A stretch of DNA of 64,000 bases from an uncultured delta proteobacterium (GCA_963785725.1 CAWAWS010000020.1:288001-352000); one strand, 5' to 3'; positions 10,328-22,574 are shown, counted from the stretch's first letter. Numbers and translations are program-made. The notes: generated from the letters alone by a model not told the origin.

Positions 10328-10960
10328 ATGGACGGGACGATGCAATCGGTCCGCGCTCACCTGCGCGGCGGCCCCGAGGTTCTCATGGTGGAGCGCGCAC
10401 CGCGACCGGTTGCCGCGCCCTGCGAAGCGCTGGTCCAAGTGGAGGCGGCCGCCATCACGCCGACTGAGCTGAGCTGGGACGAAACGTGGGTCGACGCCTC
10501 AGGTCGGCCGCGAACGCCGACCATTCCATCGCACGAGGTGGCCGGCCACGTTTATTGCGATCGGCCAGGGCGTCGGCGATCTCTCGGTCGGCGAGTCGGT
10601 GTTCGGCGTCGTCGACTTCGACCGCAATGGCGCGGCTGCCGAGTTCGTCAGCGTGCCGGCGCGCGCGCTGGCGCCGGCCCCGCGAACCGTTGACGCACTG
10701 ACAGCCGCCGCCGTTCCGCTGGCGGGGCTGAGCGCCTGGCAGGCTCTGTTCAAGCACGGTGGGTTGCGCGCGGGGCAACGCGTTCTCGTCCACGGCGACG
10801 CCGGGGGCGTTGGCATGTTCGTCGTACAGTTGGCGCATGATGCTGGCGCCCACGTCTCAACAACGGTTCGCGCCCGCGATGCGGAATTCGTTCGCCACCT
10901 CGGAGCCGACGACGTGCTCGATCGCGACGCCGTTCGTTTTGATGAGGTATTCGCGTCGAG
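10328..10960 (+). pseudogene. NADP-dependent oxidoreductase (MDR/QOR-like), frameshifted and truncated
   Basis: GGPEVL, IPSHEVAG, GAAAEFV, AVPLAGLSAWQAL, GQRVLVHGDAGGVG; C-terminal part missing. Confidence 0.75.
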
Positions 10961-11425
10961 CCAGTTGACGATGGCCTCGCGAACGATATCGGTCGCGTCC
11001 ATGCGGGGCCGCGGCGATTCGAGCCGAATCCTGTGTCGCACCGATTCGTGTCGCAGTTGCTAACGGATTGGCACGTCGCCCCGAGGGCAGATGGGGCCGA
11101 GCATTTACCGGAGACACAATTGCCGCTTTGGCACTGACTGTTGTCGTTGCAAAAGGACGATGCCGAAAGTGTTCCATTTTGGAAATTGCCGGGGTGGCAA
11201 ACGCGCATCTGCCGTCTATTTCGTTTGCGATAGTGCCGCCGTGCCCACGCAGCGTGCACACCGGTCGAGTCTCAGCGCGTCGCAAAAATGCACAGTGATC
11301 TGCGCGTGGGGAACCCAGAACTTGAACTGCGCCCAGCGTATCCTATCGGTTAATCACGTGCTCAAAAAATGGAGGACATGACACGCCGGAGACTCCGTGC
11401 AGGGCGATCGCTGGCCTTCCTAAAA

Positions 11426-11656
11426 TTACTGAACCGGCCAATGGCTCGTTCCCCAACGTGGCGGTGCCTCGTTCCCTTCCGGCGTCGTGCCGGGCGGCGT
11501 GGGATGCCGACGCGCGGACATGCCGCGCATGCGCAAATAGCGCCGAATCGTCGCGAACTGGCTCATCAACAGTACGCCTGCGCCGGCCAGCGCGAGGGCG
11601 CCGGCCATCGTGGCGGCGCGGGTGGCGAGGCTCTGCTTTCGGTTCCAACGTCTCAT
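11426..11656 (-). CDS. Small membrane-anchored protein of group 1h hydrogenase clusters (DUF6893-like)
   Basis: Hydrophobic helix followed by IRRYLRMRGM; start overlaps the protease stop (ATGA). Confidence 0.6.
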   Translation of the reverse strand: MRRWNRKQSLATRAATMAGALALAGAGVLLMSQFATIRRYLRMRGMSARRHPTPPGTTPEGNEAPPRWGTSHWPVQ

Positions 11657-12141
11657 TGCGGACCTCCTGCGGCGATCGACGCGCCAGCGTCCAGCAGCGT
11701 CATGACCAACGCGACGGCCGGGTCGACCGCGCGCTCCAGCTTTTCGCTCAGCCCCATCTGCTCGCGAAGCTCGGCCGCCTCACAGCCCACGACCAGCAAA
11801 CGTGCCGGCGTCGGCCCCAGCGTGCGCGTCAGAGCGAAGACAGCGCCGAGGTCGATGCCGTGCGCATCGGCGACCGGCTGCGGTGCCAAGGCGGCGAGCT
11901 CGGGATCGATGACGTACAGTGTTCCGGCAGCGCCGCCGCGGGCGACGGCATCGATGATGATCGCCGTCTCGTAGTCGCCCGACGTCAGCTCGTAGGCGAG
12001 GTGAACGCCGCGAATTCCGAAGTCGACGACCGCGACGCCGTCGCGCCGCAACTTGGCCTCGAGGCGGCGGGCCACCTCGCAACCGAAGCCGTCGTCGCCG
12101 AAGAAGATGTTGCCGACGCCGGCGATGAGCGTGCGCGTCAT
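11653..12141 (-). CDS. Hydrogenase maturation protease (HupD/HyaD family)
   Basis: LIAGVGNIFFGDDGFG, IIDAV, DAHG, LVVGCE. Confidence 0.92.
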   Translation of the reverse strand: MTRTLIAGVGNIFFGDDGFGCEVARRLEAKLRRDGVAVVDFGIRGVHLAYELTSGDYETAIIIDAVARGGAAGTLYVIDPELAALAPQPVADAHGIDLGAVFALTRTLGPTPARLLVVGCEAAELREQMGLSEKLERAVDPAVALVMTLLDAGASIAAGGPQ

Positions 12142-13397
12142 GGCGCCGGGTCCACGAGCTCGAGCTCGTCGGGGCGGAAGTGCAAGTGGCGGCCGTACCA
12201 ACGATGCAGGTCCGCCCCGGGGTCGTCTTCGAGCAGGATGGCGACGTGCGTCTGACCGTCGAAGTCTTCGCGAATCTCTTCGACGACGCCGATGCGACCC
12301 TCGAGGAACATGTCCTGCGCGTCGGTACGCCGCGGACCTTGCGGAACGCCGAGGCGCACGCGCACGCGGCTGCCACGGTCGAAGGCGCCGCTGCGGTGGC
12401 CCTTGCCATGAAGCGCCAAGAGCGCGGCGTCGGACAGCTTCTCGGCCCGATCGATGACCTCGGCGGCACGCCGGTCGGTGGCGCGTGCCTCGCGCTTCTC
12501 GTCGTCGGTGAGGCTGCGTGTGGAGAGCGCCAAGAGCTCGTCAATCTCGGTGCCGTCGAAGGTGTTGCCCGGGCTCTCTTCGGCAATCTGCGGATGGTCG
12601 TAGAGCACGATCGGCGATGCCAGAAGCAACGATCGCGAGCCAGGCGCTCCTGCCAGCACCGGGAAGAGGCCGACGTTGTGACAGCCCTCGGCCGCCACAC
12701 GCGTCCCGGCCGACGGATCGAGCAGCGATACGAAGGCGCCGTCCGTGACCGACAAGAGGATGTGCGCGCCGACGAGCGACGAGGTAACGGCTTCTTCGCG
12801 AGCAGCCGTCAGATCGGCTAGCGATGTGACGTTCTCGATGTCGAGCGTGAGCTTGACGAGGCCGTTGGCGACCACCATGGCCGATGCCGTAAGCGAGATG
12901 GCCAGCGGCTCCAGTCGGCGCACGACGCGCCCGACGATCGCGTCGCCACTGCGCAGGTCGGCGACCTGATGGCTGCCGCCCAAATTGGCGTCGACGAGCA
13001 CCGTGGGCGTGAGCGGCATCGCGACGCCGAACGGCAGCTCCCGTTCGACGCCTTCTTCCCAAGTGATGTGCGGCTCGCCGTCGACGGTGAGCGACTCGAC
13101 GGCCGTAAAGCCGCCATCGGCTTGGCGCGCTTCGATCGTCCGGCGCTCGACATGTAGGAAGCGCAGGCAGCCCTCGACTCGTGGCCCATCGCCGGCGCTG
13201 TCGGCGCGCGTCTCCACCAGACACTCGAGTCGGGCCGCTGCCGGCTCGCAACCGCCAGCCTCGCTCCAGGCGCGTGGCGCGAGGACACCGAACGTCCAGC
13301 GATAGCGGTTCTTGCGCGACGAGGCGCGGTACGGATAAAGGACGTAGCCTTCGTACAAAATGGCGTCGGCGATTCGTCGCGCGCGCTCGAAGCTCAT
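12138..13397 (-). CDS. Conserved hypothetical protein of group 1h hydrogenase clusters
   Basis: IADAILYEGYVLYPY...RWTFG, SPIVLYDHPQIAEES...FDGTEIDELL, C-terminal DAQDMFL...DDPG...FRPDELE. Confidence 0.75.
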   Translation of the reverse strand: MSFERARRIADAILYEGYVLYPYRASSRKNRYRWTFGVLAPRAWSEAGGCEPAAARLECLVETRADSAGDGPRVEGCLRFLHVERRTIEARQADGGFTAVESLTVDGEPHITWEEGVERELPFGVAMPLTPTVLVDANLGGSHQVADLRSGDAIVGRVVRRLEPLAISLTASAMVVANGLVKLTLDIENVTSLADLTAAREEAVTSSLVGAHILLSVTDGAFVSLLDPSAGTRVAAEGCHNVGLFPVLAGAPGSRSLLLASPIVLYDHPQIAEESPGNTFDGTEIDELLALSTRSLTDDEKREARATDRRAAEVIDRAEKLSDAALLALHGKGHRSGAFDRGSRVRVRLGVPQGPRRTDAQDMFLEGRIGVVEEIREDFDGQTHVAILLEDDPGADLHRWYGRHLHFRPDELELVDPAP

Positions 13398-14026
13398 CGG
13401 TCGGCCGCCGCCAGCAGCTTCTCCATGACGCCATCCCAGCTCGGCAGCGCGTGCCGGCCCTTGAACGCCAAGAGATCGCCCAGCGTCTGCTTCCGCAAGC
13501 GCAGCCACCCGGCGTCGGGGAAGTGGCTGTCGATGGCGGCGCGCCACAGCGCCACCGGCAATCGCCACGTCGCCTCACGATCCCAAGGCAGCGGGGTCAT
13601 CTGCAAGCCGTCGTCTGCCCGCGTGAAGATCGTGCCGCGAAACAGCAGACGCAGCGGTATGTCGCCGCCTTGGAGACCGTGAAAATACTTGGCGGCGCTG
13701 ACATCGAGGTCGGAGCTGCAAGCCAACAGCAGCTCGACCTCGGTTCGACCGGTGAACGCGGGCACGAAGGTAGCTGTTTCGAGCCACGACATCGGCTTGA
13801 CCGTCGTCGACCAGCGTGAAGGCGCGCTGAAGAGATCGACCAATGCACGCTCTTCGTCGGCCGAGTAGTCGCGTCGCTGCGGCTCGAGACGCAGCTGACA
13901 TTGCAAAGCCAGACCTTCCAGCGCGCCATCCTGACGCTCCTCGATCGCCAGCTTCAGCGCCAGCGTCGGCTGCGCGGCGTGCGGCTCGACCCGTGCGCCA
14001 CGGACAAAGAACACGAGCTCGCTCAT
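13394..14026 (-). CDS. DUF6084-like hydrogenase-associated protein
   Basis: LQCQLRLEPQRRDY, DLF...RWSTT, AKYFHGL, LLFRGTIF, PWDREA. Confidence 0.75.
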   Translation of the reverse strand: MSELVFFVRGARVEPHAAQPTLALKLAIEERQDGALEGLALQCQLRLEPQRRDYSADEERALVDLFSAPSRWSTTVKPMSWLETATFVPAFTGRTEVELLLACSSDLDVSAAKYFHGLQGGDIPLRLLFRGTIFTRADDGLQMTPLPWDREATWRLPVALWRAAIDSHFPDAGWLRLRKQTLGDLLAFKGRHALPSWDGVMEKLLAAADR

Positions 14027-14634
14027 GACATGGGCTCGCTGCGCGCGCGTACGCCGGCGAAGAAGTCGTCGATCTGCTGCCAGGCGAGCTCGCCGCCATC
14101 GAAGCCGCGCCAGCAGCGCTTGACGCGACCGACGAGCTCGTAGCAGGCCGAGACCGGAACCAAGTAGGCGTCGAAATGGCCATGACCGTCGCCGGCGATG
14201 AGCAGCGCCTCGATGTCCGGCTCGACGAGGCCGACGAGCGGCACGGCGGCGGCGAAGTCCTGCCAGGCTTCCAGCGACAGCGTCGACTCGGTGGCGCCGG
14301 CCGGCCCGGGATAGAACGCCGACCAACGCTCGTCTCGCGCGCGTGACGGAAGAAGAACGCCAGCCGCACGGGGATCTGCAGCGAAGACCAGGCGCGCTCG
14401 TCGAGCGTGAATGCCGGGTCGTGCAGCCAGCGATCGGACGCGGCGCGATAGCGCTGGCCGGGCCGCTGGAACAAGAGCGCGCAGGCGACACAGCTGCAGC
14501 GGAGGCTACGCTCGGCGGTGTCGACCAGAGTGGCGATGCTCTTGGCCGATGGCCGCGCCGCACAGCTCGCAGCGCGGTCCGCTGGCCGCGTGGCGACGGC
14601 GGACAAAGGGGGCGATTGCGTGCAGCGAGATCAC
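14023..14634 (-). CDS. DUF5947-like hydrogenase-associated protein (frameshifted)
   Basis: RCELC...CVACALLF, QIPVRLAFF, YPGPAGATES, CYELVG...WRGFDGG spread over three frames. Confidence 0.7.
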
Positions 14635-15246
14635 GGCGTCTCCGGGCGGACGCGCGATCGGGCCAGATCGAGCTGCACCAGCTGCGGCGCGGGCGCGCTG
14701 CCGCCGAACTCCACGCCCTCGATGCGGATATGGGCCAGCTCAGGCGCCGCCTCCTCGATCGCGCGACGGAGCGCGTCATCGACAGCAGCGCGCGGCAAAG
14801 CGCAGCGCCAGTCGCCCCCGAGCGTGACGACGACGCCGTCGTGCATCGTCGAGCGCCAGCTCGATCGTCCCCGCCGTGTCGCCGATGAGCGTGCGCACGC
14901 GCGCGGCGGCGGCGCGGGCGCGGTCGAGCGGCGGCTCGGGATGCATGCCGTGCAGCGCCATGAGCGCGCTCACCAACTCGTCCTCACACAGCCGCGCGCG
15001 CACCGCTTGGTCGAGGCCGCCCGCTTGCTCGACGAGGAGCAGGGTACGCCCCAGCGCCGCGCCATAGAGCGACACCAGCCGCGACACCAGCTCTTCGACG
15101 CGCTGCCACGTGGCCGGACCGACCGACGCGCGCACGTCGCCGAGCAGCCGCTCGATGCGCGCCGCGTGCTCGCGCGGATCGTCTTCCGGCAGGTTCAGCT
15201 CGGTGCGTTCTTCGGTGTTTCTCGAGGAGACCGGCGCTGCGCTCAT
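14631..15246 (-). CDS. NifU-like protein of the hydrogenase cluster (frameshifted)
   Basis: RIERLL...ELVSRLVSLYGAAL...DELVSALMALHGMHP; C-terminal IEEAAPELAHIRIEG...LVQL. Confidence 0.7.
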
Positions 15247-17019
15247 CGCTGCTTGCCTTCGAAATGAAACGGTGAGTGGACGTGCTCGATGACGCGGCCG
15301 GCGGTGTAGATGTGCACGCCGCACGGCAGGCAAGGATCGAAGCTGCGGACCGTGCGCATGATGTCGATGCCCTTGAACTTGTCCGGCGCGTTCTCCTCGA
15401 ACAGCGGCTGTCCCTGCACCGCGTCTTCGTATGGGCCGGGGGTGCCGTAGCTATCGCGCGGGCTGGCGTTCCACGGCGTCGGCGGATAGGGATGGTAGTT
15501 GGCGATTTTGCCGCCGCGAATGACCATGTGATGCGACAGAACGCCGCGCACCGCCTCGGTGAACCCGCAGCCGACGCCGTCTTTGGGCACTTTGAACGGC
15601 TCCCACGTCTTGTCGTGACCGGCACGTAGCTCCTCGAGCGCCTTGTCGACGAAGTGCAGCGCGCAGGCCGCCGCGTAGGCCTGGAAGTACGAGCGCGCGC
15701 GATCGCGCTCGAGCGTGTTGGACCACTTTGGGATCTTCCACTCGAAGCGCGCCTCGGGCTTGGAAGCCGTGCGCGGCAAGTTGATGACGACGCTCGATCC
15801 GGTGGCCTTGATGTAGCCGATGTCGACGAGGCCCGACAGCGCCGTCGACCACAAGCGCGCGATGGGACCGCCGCCGGTGTCGAGCGCCAAGTGGTCCTTG
15901 CCGTCGTACCAGCGCGGCGACATGACCCAGCTGTATTTGTCGTCGAAGTCGCGCTTCTGCGGCCGCGGCGTGGTCGTCTGATTCCACGGGTGGCGCGCGT
16001 CGACGGGATTGCCCAGCGGGTCGTGGGTGACGAACTTCTCCTCGTTCAGCCAGTCTCGATAGTAGGAGCTTCCGAGCAGGATGCGCATACCGAGGTTGAT
16101 CTCGACCAAATCGTTGGTGACCAGCTTGCCGTCGACGACGACGCCGGGGGTGACGAACATCGCGCGTCCCCACTTGGTCATGTCGGCATACTTGAAGTTG
16201 CAGACCTCCGGATCCTGAAAGCTGCCCCAGCAGCCGAGGAGGATGCGACGCTGACCCACCTCGTGATAGCCGGGCAAGGCCTCGTAGAAGAAGTCGAAGA
16301 GATCATCATGTAGCGGCACGACGCGCTTGACGAAGTCGATGTAGCGCATGAGCCGTGTCTGGTAGTCGGTGAACAGCTGCACTGTCGCAACCGTGCCGAC
16401 GCCGCCCGGATAAAGCGTCGACGGATGGACGTGGCGCCCTTCCATCAGGCAGAACATCTCACGCGTGAGGCGGCTCATCATGCAGCGCCTCGCGGTAGAA
16501 GTCGCCCTCGATCGGGTTGACCGCCTTCATGATGTCGCCGATGGTCCGATAGCCGTGCTCGGCGGCGTGCGGCGCCTCGGTCTTCTCGGCGCGCGCCCAC
16601 ACGCCGGGATTGGTCTCCTTGACCATCTTTTCGCAGAAGTCGACGCAGACCAGGTTCTCTTGGAAGATGTTGTGGTCGAACATGTACTCGGCCGCTTCAC
16701 CGAGATTCACGATCCACTCGGCGAGATGTGGCGGCTTGACGCCGTAGGCCATGTTCTGCGCGTAACAGCTGCAAGTGGCGTGGTTGTCGCCGCAGATGCC
16801 GCAGATCCGGCTGGTGATGAAGTGCGAGTCGCGCGGATCTTTGCCTTTCATGAACACGCTGTAGCCGCGGAAGATCGAGGAGGTCGACTTGCACTCGACG
16901 ACCTTGCGCTTCTCGAAATCGATCTTGGTGTAGATGCCGAGGCTCCCGACGATGCGGGTGATCGGATCCCAGTTCATCTCCACCAGCTTGCCGGTGGACC
17001 CTTGCGACGGCATGGTCAT
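15243..17019 (-). CDS. hhyL: Group 1h [NiFe]-hydrogenase large subunit (1-bp frameshift near 16481)
   Basis: WDPITRIVGSLG; L1 motif TSRICGICGDNH; L2 motif RSFDPCLPCGVH plus a C-terminal extension; split into ORFs 16459-17019 and 15243-16481. Confidence 0.92.
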
Positions 17020-17029
17020 GGAATCCTCC

Positions 17030-18058
17030 TCACCACGTGGGCCGATAACCGGTCGTTAGCTTGGGCCCGCGGTGGCGCCACTTAGTCTCTTTGTCGACGG
17101 TCTTGACGGTGACGGCGCGCAGCGAGCGGATGAGGGAGCCGTAGAGGCCGACCGTCTTCGAAGAAATCTTGGCGCCGGGCGGCTCATCCATGAACGGCAT
17201 GAACATGTCGGGGAAGCCGGGCATCGTGCAGCCGATGCAGATGCCGCCGACGTTGGGACAGCCGCCGATGCCGGCCATCCAGCCGCGCTTGGGAACATTG
17301 CATTTGACGACCGGGCCCCAGCAGCCGATCTTCACCAGGCATTCGACCGTGCCGTACTCCTTGGTGAACTGGCCCTGCTCGTAGAAGCCGGCGCGATCGC
17401 AGCCCTCGTGCACCGTCAAGTCGAAGAGCCAGCGCGGGCGCAGGTTCTCGTCGAGCGGAATCATCGGCGCATGGCCGGCCAGCTGGTTCAAGAGGTAGAG
17501 CAGCGTCTCCGACAAGTTGTCGGGCTGAATCGGACAGCCGGGCACGCAGACGACGGGTAATCCCGCCTTGGACTTCCAGCTCCAGCCGAGGTAGTCGGGC
17601 ACGCCCATGGCGCCGGTGGGGTTGCCCTCCATGGCGTGAATGCCGCCGTAGGTGGCGCAGGTGCCCGCGGCGACGATGGCGCTGGCGTGCGGCGCCAGCT
17701 TGTCGAGCCAATCGCTGGTCGGCATCGGCTGTCCCGTCTCAGGATTGTTGCCGAACGCCGCCCAATAGCCCTCGGTCTTGATCTGCTCGTTGGGAATCGA
17801 TCCCTCCATGACGAGCACGAAGGGATCGATCTCGCCGCGCGAGGCTTTCCAAAACCACTCGATGAACTCGTCGCCGTTCTGGTAGTCGATGAGCGGCCAG
17901 TGGAAGATGACCTTCGGCATGCCCGGCAGCACACCGAGCGCAATGTCCTCGATGCTCGGCTGCATGGCGGCGGTCAGTGCGACCGAGTCGCCGTCGCAGC
18001 TCAGACCGGCGTTGATCCACAAGACATGAACGACCGGTTGCTTGCCGTTGGTCGGCAT
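17030..18058 (-). CDS. hhyS: Group 1h [NiFe]-hydrogenase small subunit
   Basis: GLSCDGDS (CxxD), GTCATYGG, PGCP, VHEGCDR, GCWGPVVKCN, GGCPNVGGICIGC; no Tat signal peptide. Confidence 0.92.
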   Translation of the reverse strand: MPTNGKQPVVHVLWINAGLSCDGDSVALTAAMQPSIEDIALGVLPGMPKVIFHWPLIDYQNGDEFIEWFWKASRGEIDPFVLVMEGSIPNEQIKTEGYWAAFGNNPETGQPMPTSDWLDKLAPHASAIVAAGTCATYGGIHAMEGNPTGAMGVPDYLGWSWKSKAGLPVVCVPGCPIQPDNLSETLLYLLNQLAGHAPMIPLDENLRPRWLFDLTVHEGCDRAGFYEQGQFTKEYGTVECLVKIGCWGPVVKCNVPKRGWMAGIGGCPNVGGICIGCTMPGFPDMFMPFMDEPPGAKISSKTVGLYGSLIRSLRAVTVKTVDKETKWRHRGPKLTTGYRPTW

Positions 18059-18110
18059 CAGGTCCTCCGCCCCGGCAGTTGCTGGGGACTGTGGGTTTGC
18101 GCAGACGAAG

Positions 18111-18743
18111 TCACGGCGTCGACCGCCCGAGCGCCGCGACGGTCATGGTGCCGCCGAGGATCAGGCTGGTAGCGCCCACTCCGAGCTGGAGCATGCGCGT
18201 GCTCCAGCTCCAGCGGCGCGCGGCCAGCCCGAGCGGCAGCGAGACCACGAACGACGAAGCGACCATGCCCGCGATCGAGCCGGCGCCGAACAGCCCGAGG
18301 TAGACGAAGGCGGCGCCCGCCGAATGGAGTGCCGGCAGCGCGACCAGAACGACGGCGCCCGATCCCTCGAGGCCGTGCAGGCCGCCGACGATGAGCGCGC
18401 GCGTTGCTTGCGGCGCTGCGACGGACGCTGCCGCGGCGGGTTGCGTGCGCAGCGAGCGCCGCAAGACGTCGGCGCCGAGCCAGATGAGCACGCCGCCGGC
18501 CAGGAGCTCGCCGGCCAACGACCAATGACTGCCGGGCGCCCAAGCCACGCCGGCGACGACCATCAGCGTGCCGACAAAGGTCAGCGTCAGGGAGTGGCCG
18601 AGTCCCCAGGCCGCGGCGATGCGGACGAGGTCGGCGCGGCGTGATACCCGCGTCGACAACGACGTGACCGCCGCCAAATGGTCGGCCTCGAACGCATGGC
18701 GCAGCCCGAGCAGGAAGCCGAGCCATAAAACGGCCGCGAACAT
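18111..18743 (-). CDS. Nickel permease-like membrane protein (HoxN/UreH-type)
   Basis: LGLRHAFEADHL, WGLGH, GGLHGLEGSG, multiple transmembrane helices. Confidence 0.8.
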   Translation of the reverse strand: MFAAVLWLGFLLGLRHAFEADHLAAVTSLSTRVSRRADLVRIAAAWGLGHSLTLTFVGTLMVVAGVAWAPGSHWSLAGELLAGGVLIWLGADVLRRSLRTQPAAAASVAAPQATRALIVGGLHGLEGSGAVVLVALPALHSAGAAFVYLGLFGAGSIAGMVASSFVVSLPLGLAARRWSWSTRMLQLGVGATSLILGGTMTVAALGRSTP

Positions 18744-18744
18744 G

Positions 18745-19569
18745 TCAGCCCGCCGCTCGCGTAGCGTGGCGCCGGGCGCGCAAGAAATCGAGCCAGACAT
18801 CGCAGCCCTGACCCGAGCGCGCCGACAGCGCGACGATGCGCGCGCGCGGATTGATCCGCCGTGCATTCGCCGCGAAGCGATCGGTCGAGAAGTCGACATG
18901 TGGCAGAAGGTCGACCTTGTTCAAAAGCACGAGCTCAGCGGCGCGAAACATGTGCGGATACTTGAGCGGCTTGTCTTCTCCTTCCGTCACCGAGGCGATA
19001 ACGACGCGCGCCGCTTCACCGAGATCGAACAGCGCCGGGCAGACGAGGTTGCCGATGTTCTCGATGAAGAGCAGGCCTCCTTGCGGCTGCAGCTCGGACA
19101 GTGCGCGGCCGATCATCGCGGCGTCCAGGTGGCAGCCGGTGCCGGTGTTGATCTGCAGCGCGCGACCACCCGCGGCGCGGATGCGATCGGCGTCGGCCTG
19201 CGTCTCTTGGTCGCCTTCGATCACGGCCAGCGGCAGCTCGTTGGCCAACAGGCCCAACGTTCGCTCAAGCAACGTCGTCTTACCCGAGCCGGGCGAGCTC
19301 ATGAGGTTAGCTGCGACCACGTCGTGAGCGCGCAGCCACTGCCGATTGTGCGCCGCCAGCTGGTCATTTCGCGCCAGCACCGCCGTTTCGAAGGCGATCG
19401 TGCGGCCGCGTTCTTCCGTGCTTTCCGGCGACGGCGGCTGCGAAGGTGAATGTGAATGGACCTGCGCCGCTACACGCGCTTCAGGCCGGCGGAAGACCAG
19501 CGAACGTCGGTGCACACCCGGCGGAGCGCGGTGCTGGTGGTCTTGGCCACAACCGCAGGTTACGCACAT
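18745..19569 (-). CDS. hypB: Hydrogenase nickel incorporation GTPase
   Basis: N-terminal [47 protein letters not shown]. Confidence 0.95.
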   Translation of the reverse strand: MCVTCGCGQDHQHRAPPGVHRRSLVFRRPEARVAAQVHSHSPSQPPSPESTEERGRTIAFETAVLARNDQLAAHNRQWLRAHDVVAANLMSSPGSGKTTLLERTLGLLANELPLAVIEGDQETQADADRIRAAGGRALQINTGTGCHLDAAMIGRALSELQPQGGLLFIENIGNLVCPALFDLGEAARVVIASVTEGEDKPLKYPHMFRAAELVLLNKVDLLPHVDFSTDRFAANARRINPRARIVALSARSGQGCDVWLDFLRARRHATRAAG

Positions 19570-19895
19570 CAAGCCACCTCGACTTCTTTGATGTTTAGCT
19601 CCTGGCCGGCGTCGAGCTCGATGTCCACGCTGCCGCAGACGCAGAGTGGAATTGCGTCGAAAGACTGAGCGCGCGCGCACTGGCGACAGCGCCCGTGCGC
19701 GGCGACTTCGTCGATCTGCAGTTGCGCGCTTTCCACCGGCGTGTCGCGGCTGCAGGTCTCGAACGCAAAGCGCAGCGCGTCCGGCAGAACGGCCATCAAG
19801 CTGCCCACCTCGAGTCGCACGCGCACCACGCGTGCAGCGCCGAGCCGATCGCGAATGGCAGCGAGGATGCTCTCGGTGAGCGCCACTTCGTGCAT
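19569..19895 (-). CDS. hypA: Hydrogenase nickel metallochaperone
   Basis: MHEVAL, CRQC and CVCGS, GQEL. Confidence 0.92.
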   Translation of the reverse strand: MHEVALTESILAAIRDRLGAARVVRVRLEVGSLMAVLPDALRFAFETCSRDTPVESAQLQIDEVAAHGRCRQCARAQSFDAIPLCVCGSVDIELDAGQELNIKEVEVA

Positions 19896-19985
19896 GCGCC
19901 GGTTCTTAAGCCTCCCGCAGCGCTGTCAATGGCAGGCCGGCTAGTCAGGCACTCGTCCTATTGAACGGCTGGAGCACGGCGCTAG

Positions 19986-22296
19986 ATGGTTCGCGTGCAG
20001 ATGTCACCGACGGCTGATGCTGCGCCGCGTCGCATAGGGCTGCGCGTGCGCGGCCTCGTGCAGGGTGTGGGCTTTCGCCCGACCGTGCACCGCATCGCCA
20101 CGTCCATTGGGCTCGGCGGTAGCGTTTGCAACGACAGCGAAGGCGTTTGGATCGAGCTGCAGGGCGAGCCGGCGCAGATCGCGTCTTTCGTCGAGCGACT
20201 CCACGCCGAGCAGCCCGAGCGGGCGCGCATCGACGAGATCGATCGTCGCGAATTGGCTGCCGCCGCCGGCGGCGACCGCGAATTTCGCATCATGGCTTCG
20301 CGCGACGAAGGCGACGCCAGCGCGCTCTTGCCGGTCGACGCCGCTCCCTGCACCGCCTGCCTGGCCGAGCTGACCGATCCGTGCGACCGCCGCTATCGCT
20401 ATCCGTTCATCAACTGCACCGACTGCGGACCGCGCTACACGATTGTGCGGGATATCCCGTATGACCGCGCACGCACGACGATGACGTCATTCACCATGTG
20501 CGCGGAGTGCCGCCGCGAATACAAGGATCCACGCAGCCGCCGGTTTCATGCCGAGCCCAACGGCTGCGCGCGCTGCGGCCCGCGACTCGCGTTCTTCGAC
20601 GGCGCGAGCCGTGTCGAAGGGCAAACGGGATTGGCCGCGGCGGTGCAATGTCTACACGCGGGCGCGATCGTCGCCGTCAAAGGCGTCGGCGGGTTCGTGC
20701 TCGCGTGTCGACGCGCTGGGACGCGGCGGCGGTGGCTCGGTTGCGCGCGCGCAAGCGACGACCGCACAAGCCGCTGGCCCTGATGGCGCGCGATCTGGCG
20801 ACGATCGAGTCGATCGCGCACGTCTCGCCGCCCGCGCGCGCGGCGTTGACGGACGCGGCGCGGCCGATCGTGCTCTTGCCGCGACGGCTGCGACCGCGCA
20901 CTGCCCGCGCCGTTGGCTCCGGGCCTCAGCGAGCTGGGCGTGATGCTGCCGTCGACGCCGCTGCATCATTTGTTGCTCGCGCGACGGGCCGTCGCTACAG
21001 GTGATGACGAGCGGTAATCGTGGCGACGAGCCGATCGCCCGCGACGACGAGGAGGCGCTGCGCGGCGCTCGACGGCATCGCCGATGCGTACCTGATCGCA
21101 CGATCGCGAGATTCACACGCGCGCCGACGACTCGGTGCTGCGCATCGTGGCTGGCGCGACCCAGCCGCTGCGCTCCGCGCGCGGAATCGTGCCCGATGCC
21201 GTCGACGCTGCCGTTCGCGGGGCCGCCGCTCGTCGCCGTGGGCGCGCACACAAAGTCGACCGTCTGCTTCGTGCGCGGCGACCAGGCGTTCGTGTCGCAG
21301 CACCTCGGCGACCTGTCGCAGCGGGCAACGGCGAGCTTTTTCGAAGAGACGATCGCCAAACTCGGTCGCCTGTTGCGCCTCGAGCCGGCAGATCGGTCGC
21401 GCACGATCTCCATCCCGACTATCGCTCGACGCGTTGGGCGCTCGAATGCGGTTTGCCGCGTTTGGCCGTTCAGCATCATCACGCGCACATCGCCGCCTGC
21501 CTGGCCGAGCACGGCCGCACGGGGCCGGCCATCGGGGTGGCTTTCGACGGAACCGGCTGCGGCAGCGACGGCTCGGCCTGGGGCGGCGAGTGGTTGGTGG
21601 CCGACCTTCGCGACTTCCGCCGCGTCGGCCACTTGCGTCCGATCGGCTTACCCGGCGGCGAGGCGGCAATTCGCGAGCCTTGGCGTCTGGCGCTGTCGAC
21701 GCTGCGCGATGCCGGTGTCGAGCCCATTTTGCGCGCGGCGCTCGATCGACGAGCGCCGTCGCAGCGCCGTGCTCCGCTTGTGCTCCGCCCCGTGGTCGAC
21801 GCCGACAGCGACGAGCGCGGGCCGTTGGTTCGACGCGATCGCCGCGCTGGCAGGTGTACGTTACGAGGTCACTACGAAGGTCAGGCCGCCATCGAGCTCG
21901 AGGCCGCTAGCCGGCATGGCCGACGTATCGCGCCTATCCATCGGCTGGATCGCGCCGGCCTCGCCATTCGTGGTCGACTCTGAGGCCGACCGTGCGCGCC
22001 GTGGCCGCCGAAGTCGCCGCAGGACGCCGGCGCAGACGTGGTTTCGGCACGTTTTCACGAGACGATGGCGCGCGCCATCCTCGTCGGCTGTCGTCTCGCC
22101 CGCGCCGGCAGCGGGCTCGAGACCGTGGCGCTCTCCGGCGGTTGCTTTGCCAATCGCCTGCTGACCGAGCGCGCCCTCACACTCTTGGGCGCCGACGGCT
22201 TCGAGGTGCTGATCCATCGACGGGTGCCCACCAGGCGACGGCGGCATCTCGCTCGGCCAGGCCGCCGTCGCCGCTCGTCGACATGGGAGGGTCTGA
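19986..22296 (+). CDS. hypF: Carbamoyltransferase HypF (several frameshifts)
   Basis: [14 protein letters not shown]...[74 protein letters not shown]. Confidence 0.9.
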
Positions 22297-22574
22297 TGTG
22301 CCTCGGCATCCCCGGTGAAGTCATAGAAGTGCACGAAGATCGTGGCCTCAAGTTCGCGCAGGTGCGCTTCGGCGGGGTCACGCGCGAGGTCTGCCTCGAA
22401 TATCAGCTCGACGCCGCGGTCGGCGACTTCGTACTCGTCCATGTCGGCTTCGCCATCGCCCGCATCGATCGACAGGAGGCCGAGCTCGCCTGGCAGGCCC
22501 TCGAGCAAATGGGCGGTCTCGAAGACGTCGCGCCGCCCGCGGACGCTTTTACGCGCGTGGAGGGTGAGCCATGA
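22296..22574 (+). CDS. hypC: Hydrogenase chaperone HypC
   Basis: MCLGIPG...[12 protein letters not shown]. Confidence 0.95.
   Translation: MCLGIPGEVIEVHEDRGLKFAQVRFGGVTREVCLEYQLDAAVGDFVLVHVGFAIARIDRQEAELAWQALEQMGGLEDVAPPADAFTRVEGEP

Noticed and set aside
11030..11200. Minus-strand Cys-rich fragment (CNDNSQCQSGNCVSGKC...)
   Set aside because: No credible start or signal; looks like a remnant at a deletion junction
16459..16500. Programmed frameshift or naturally split hydrogenase large subunit
   Set aside because: No slippery sequence; removing one base restores REALQMSRLTRE, and similar indels occur throughout the window
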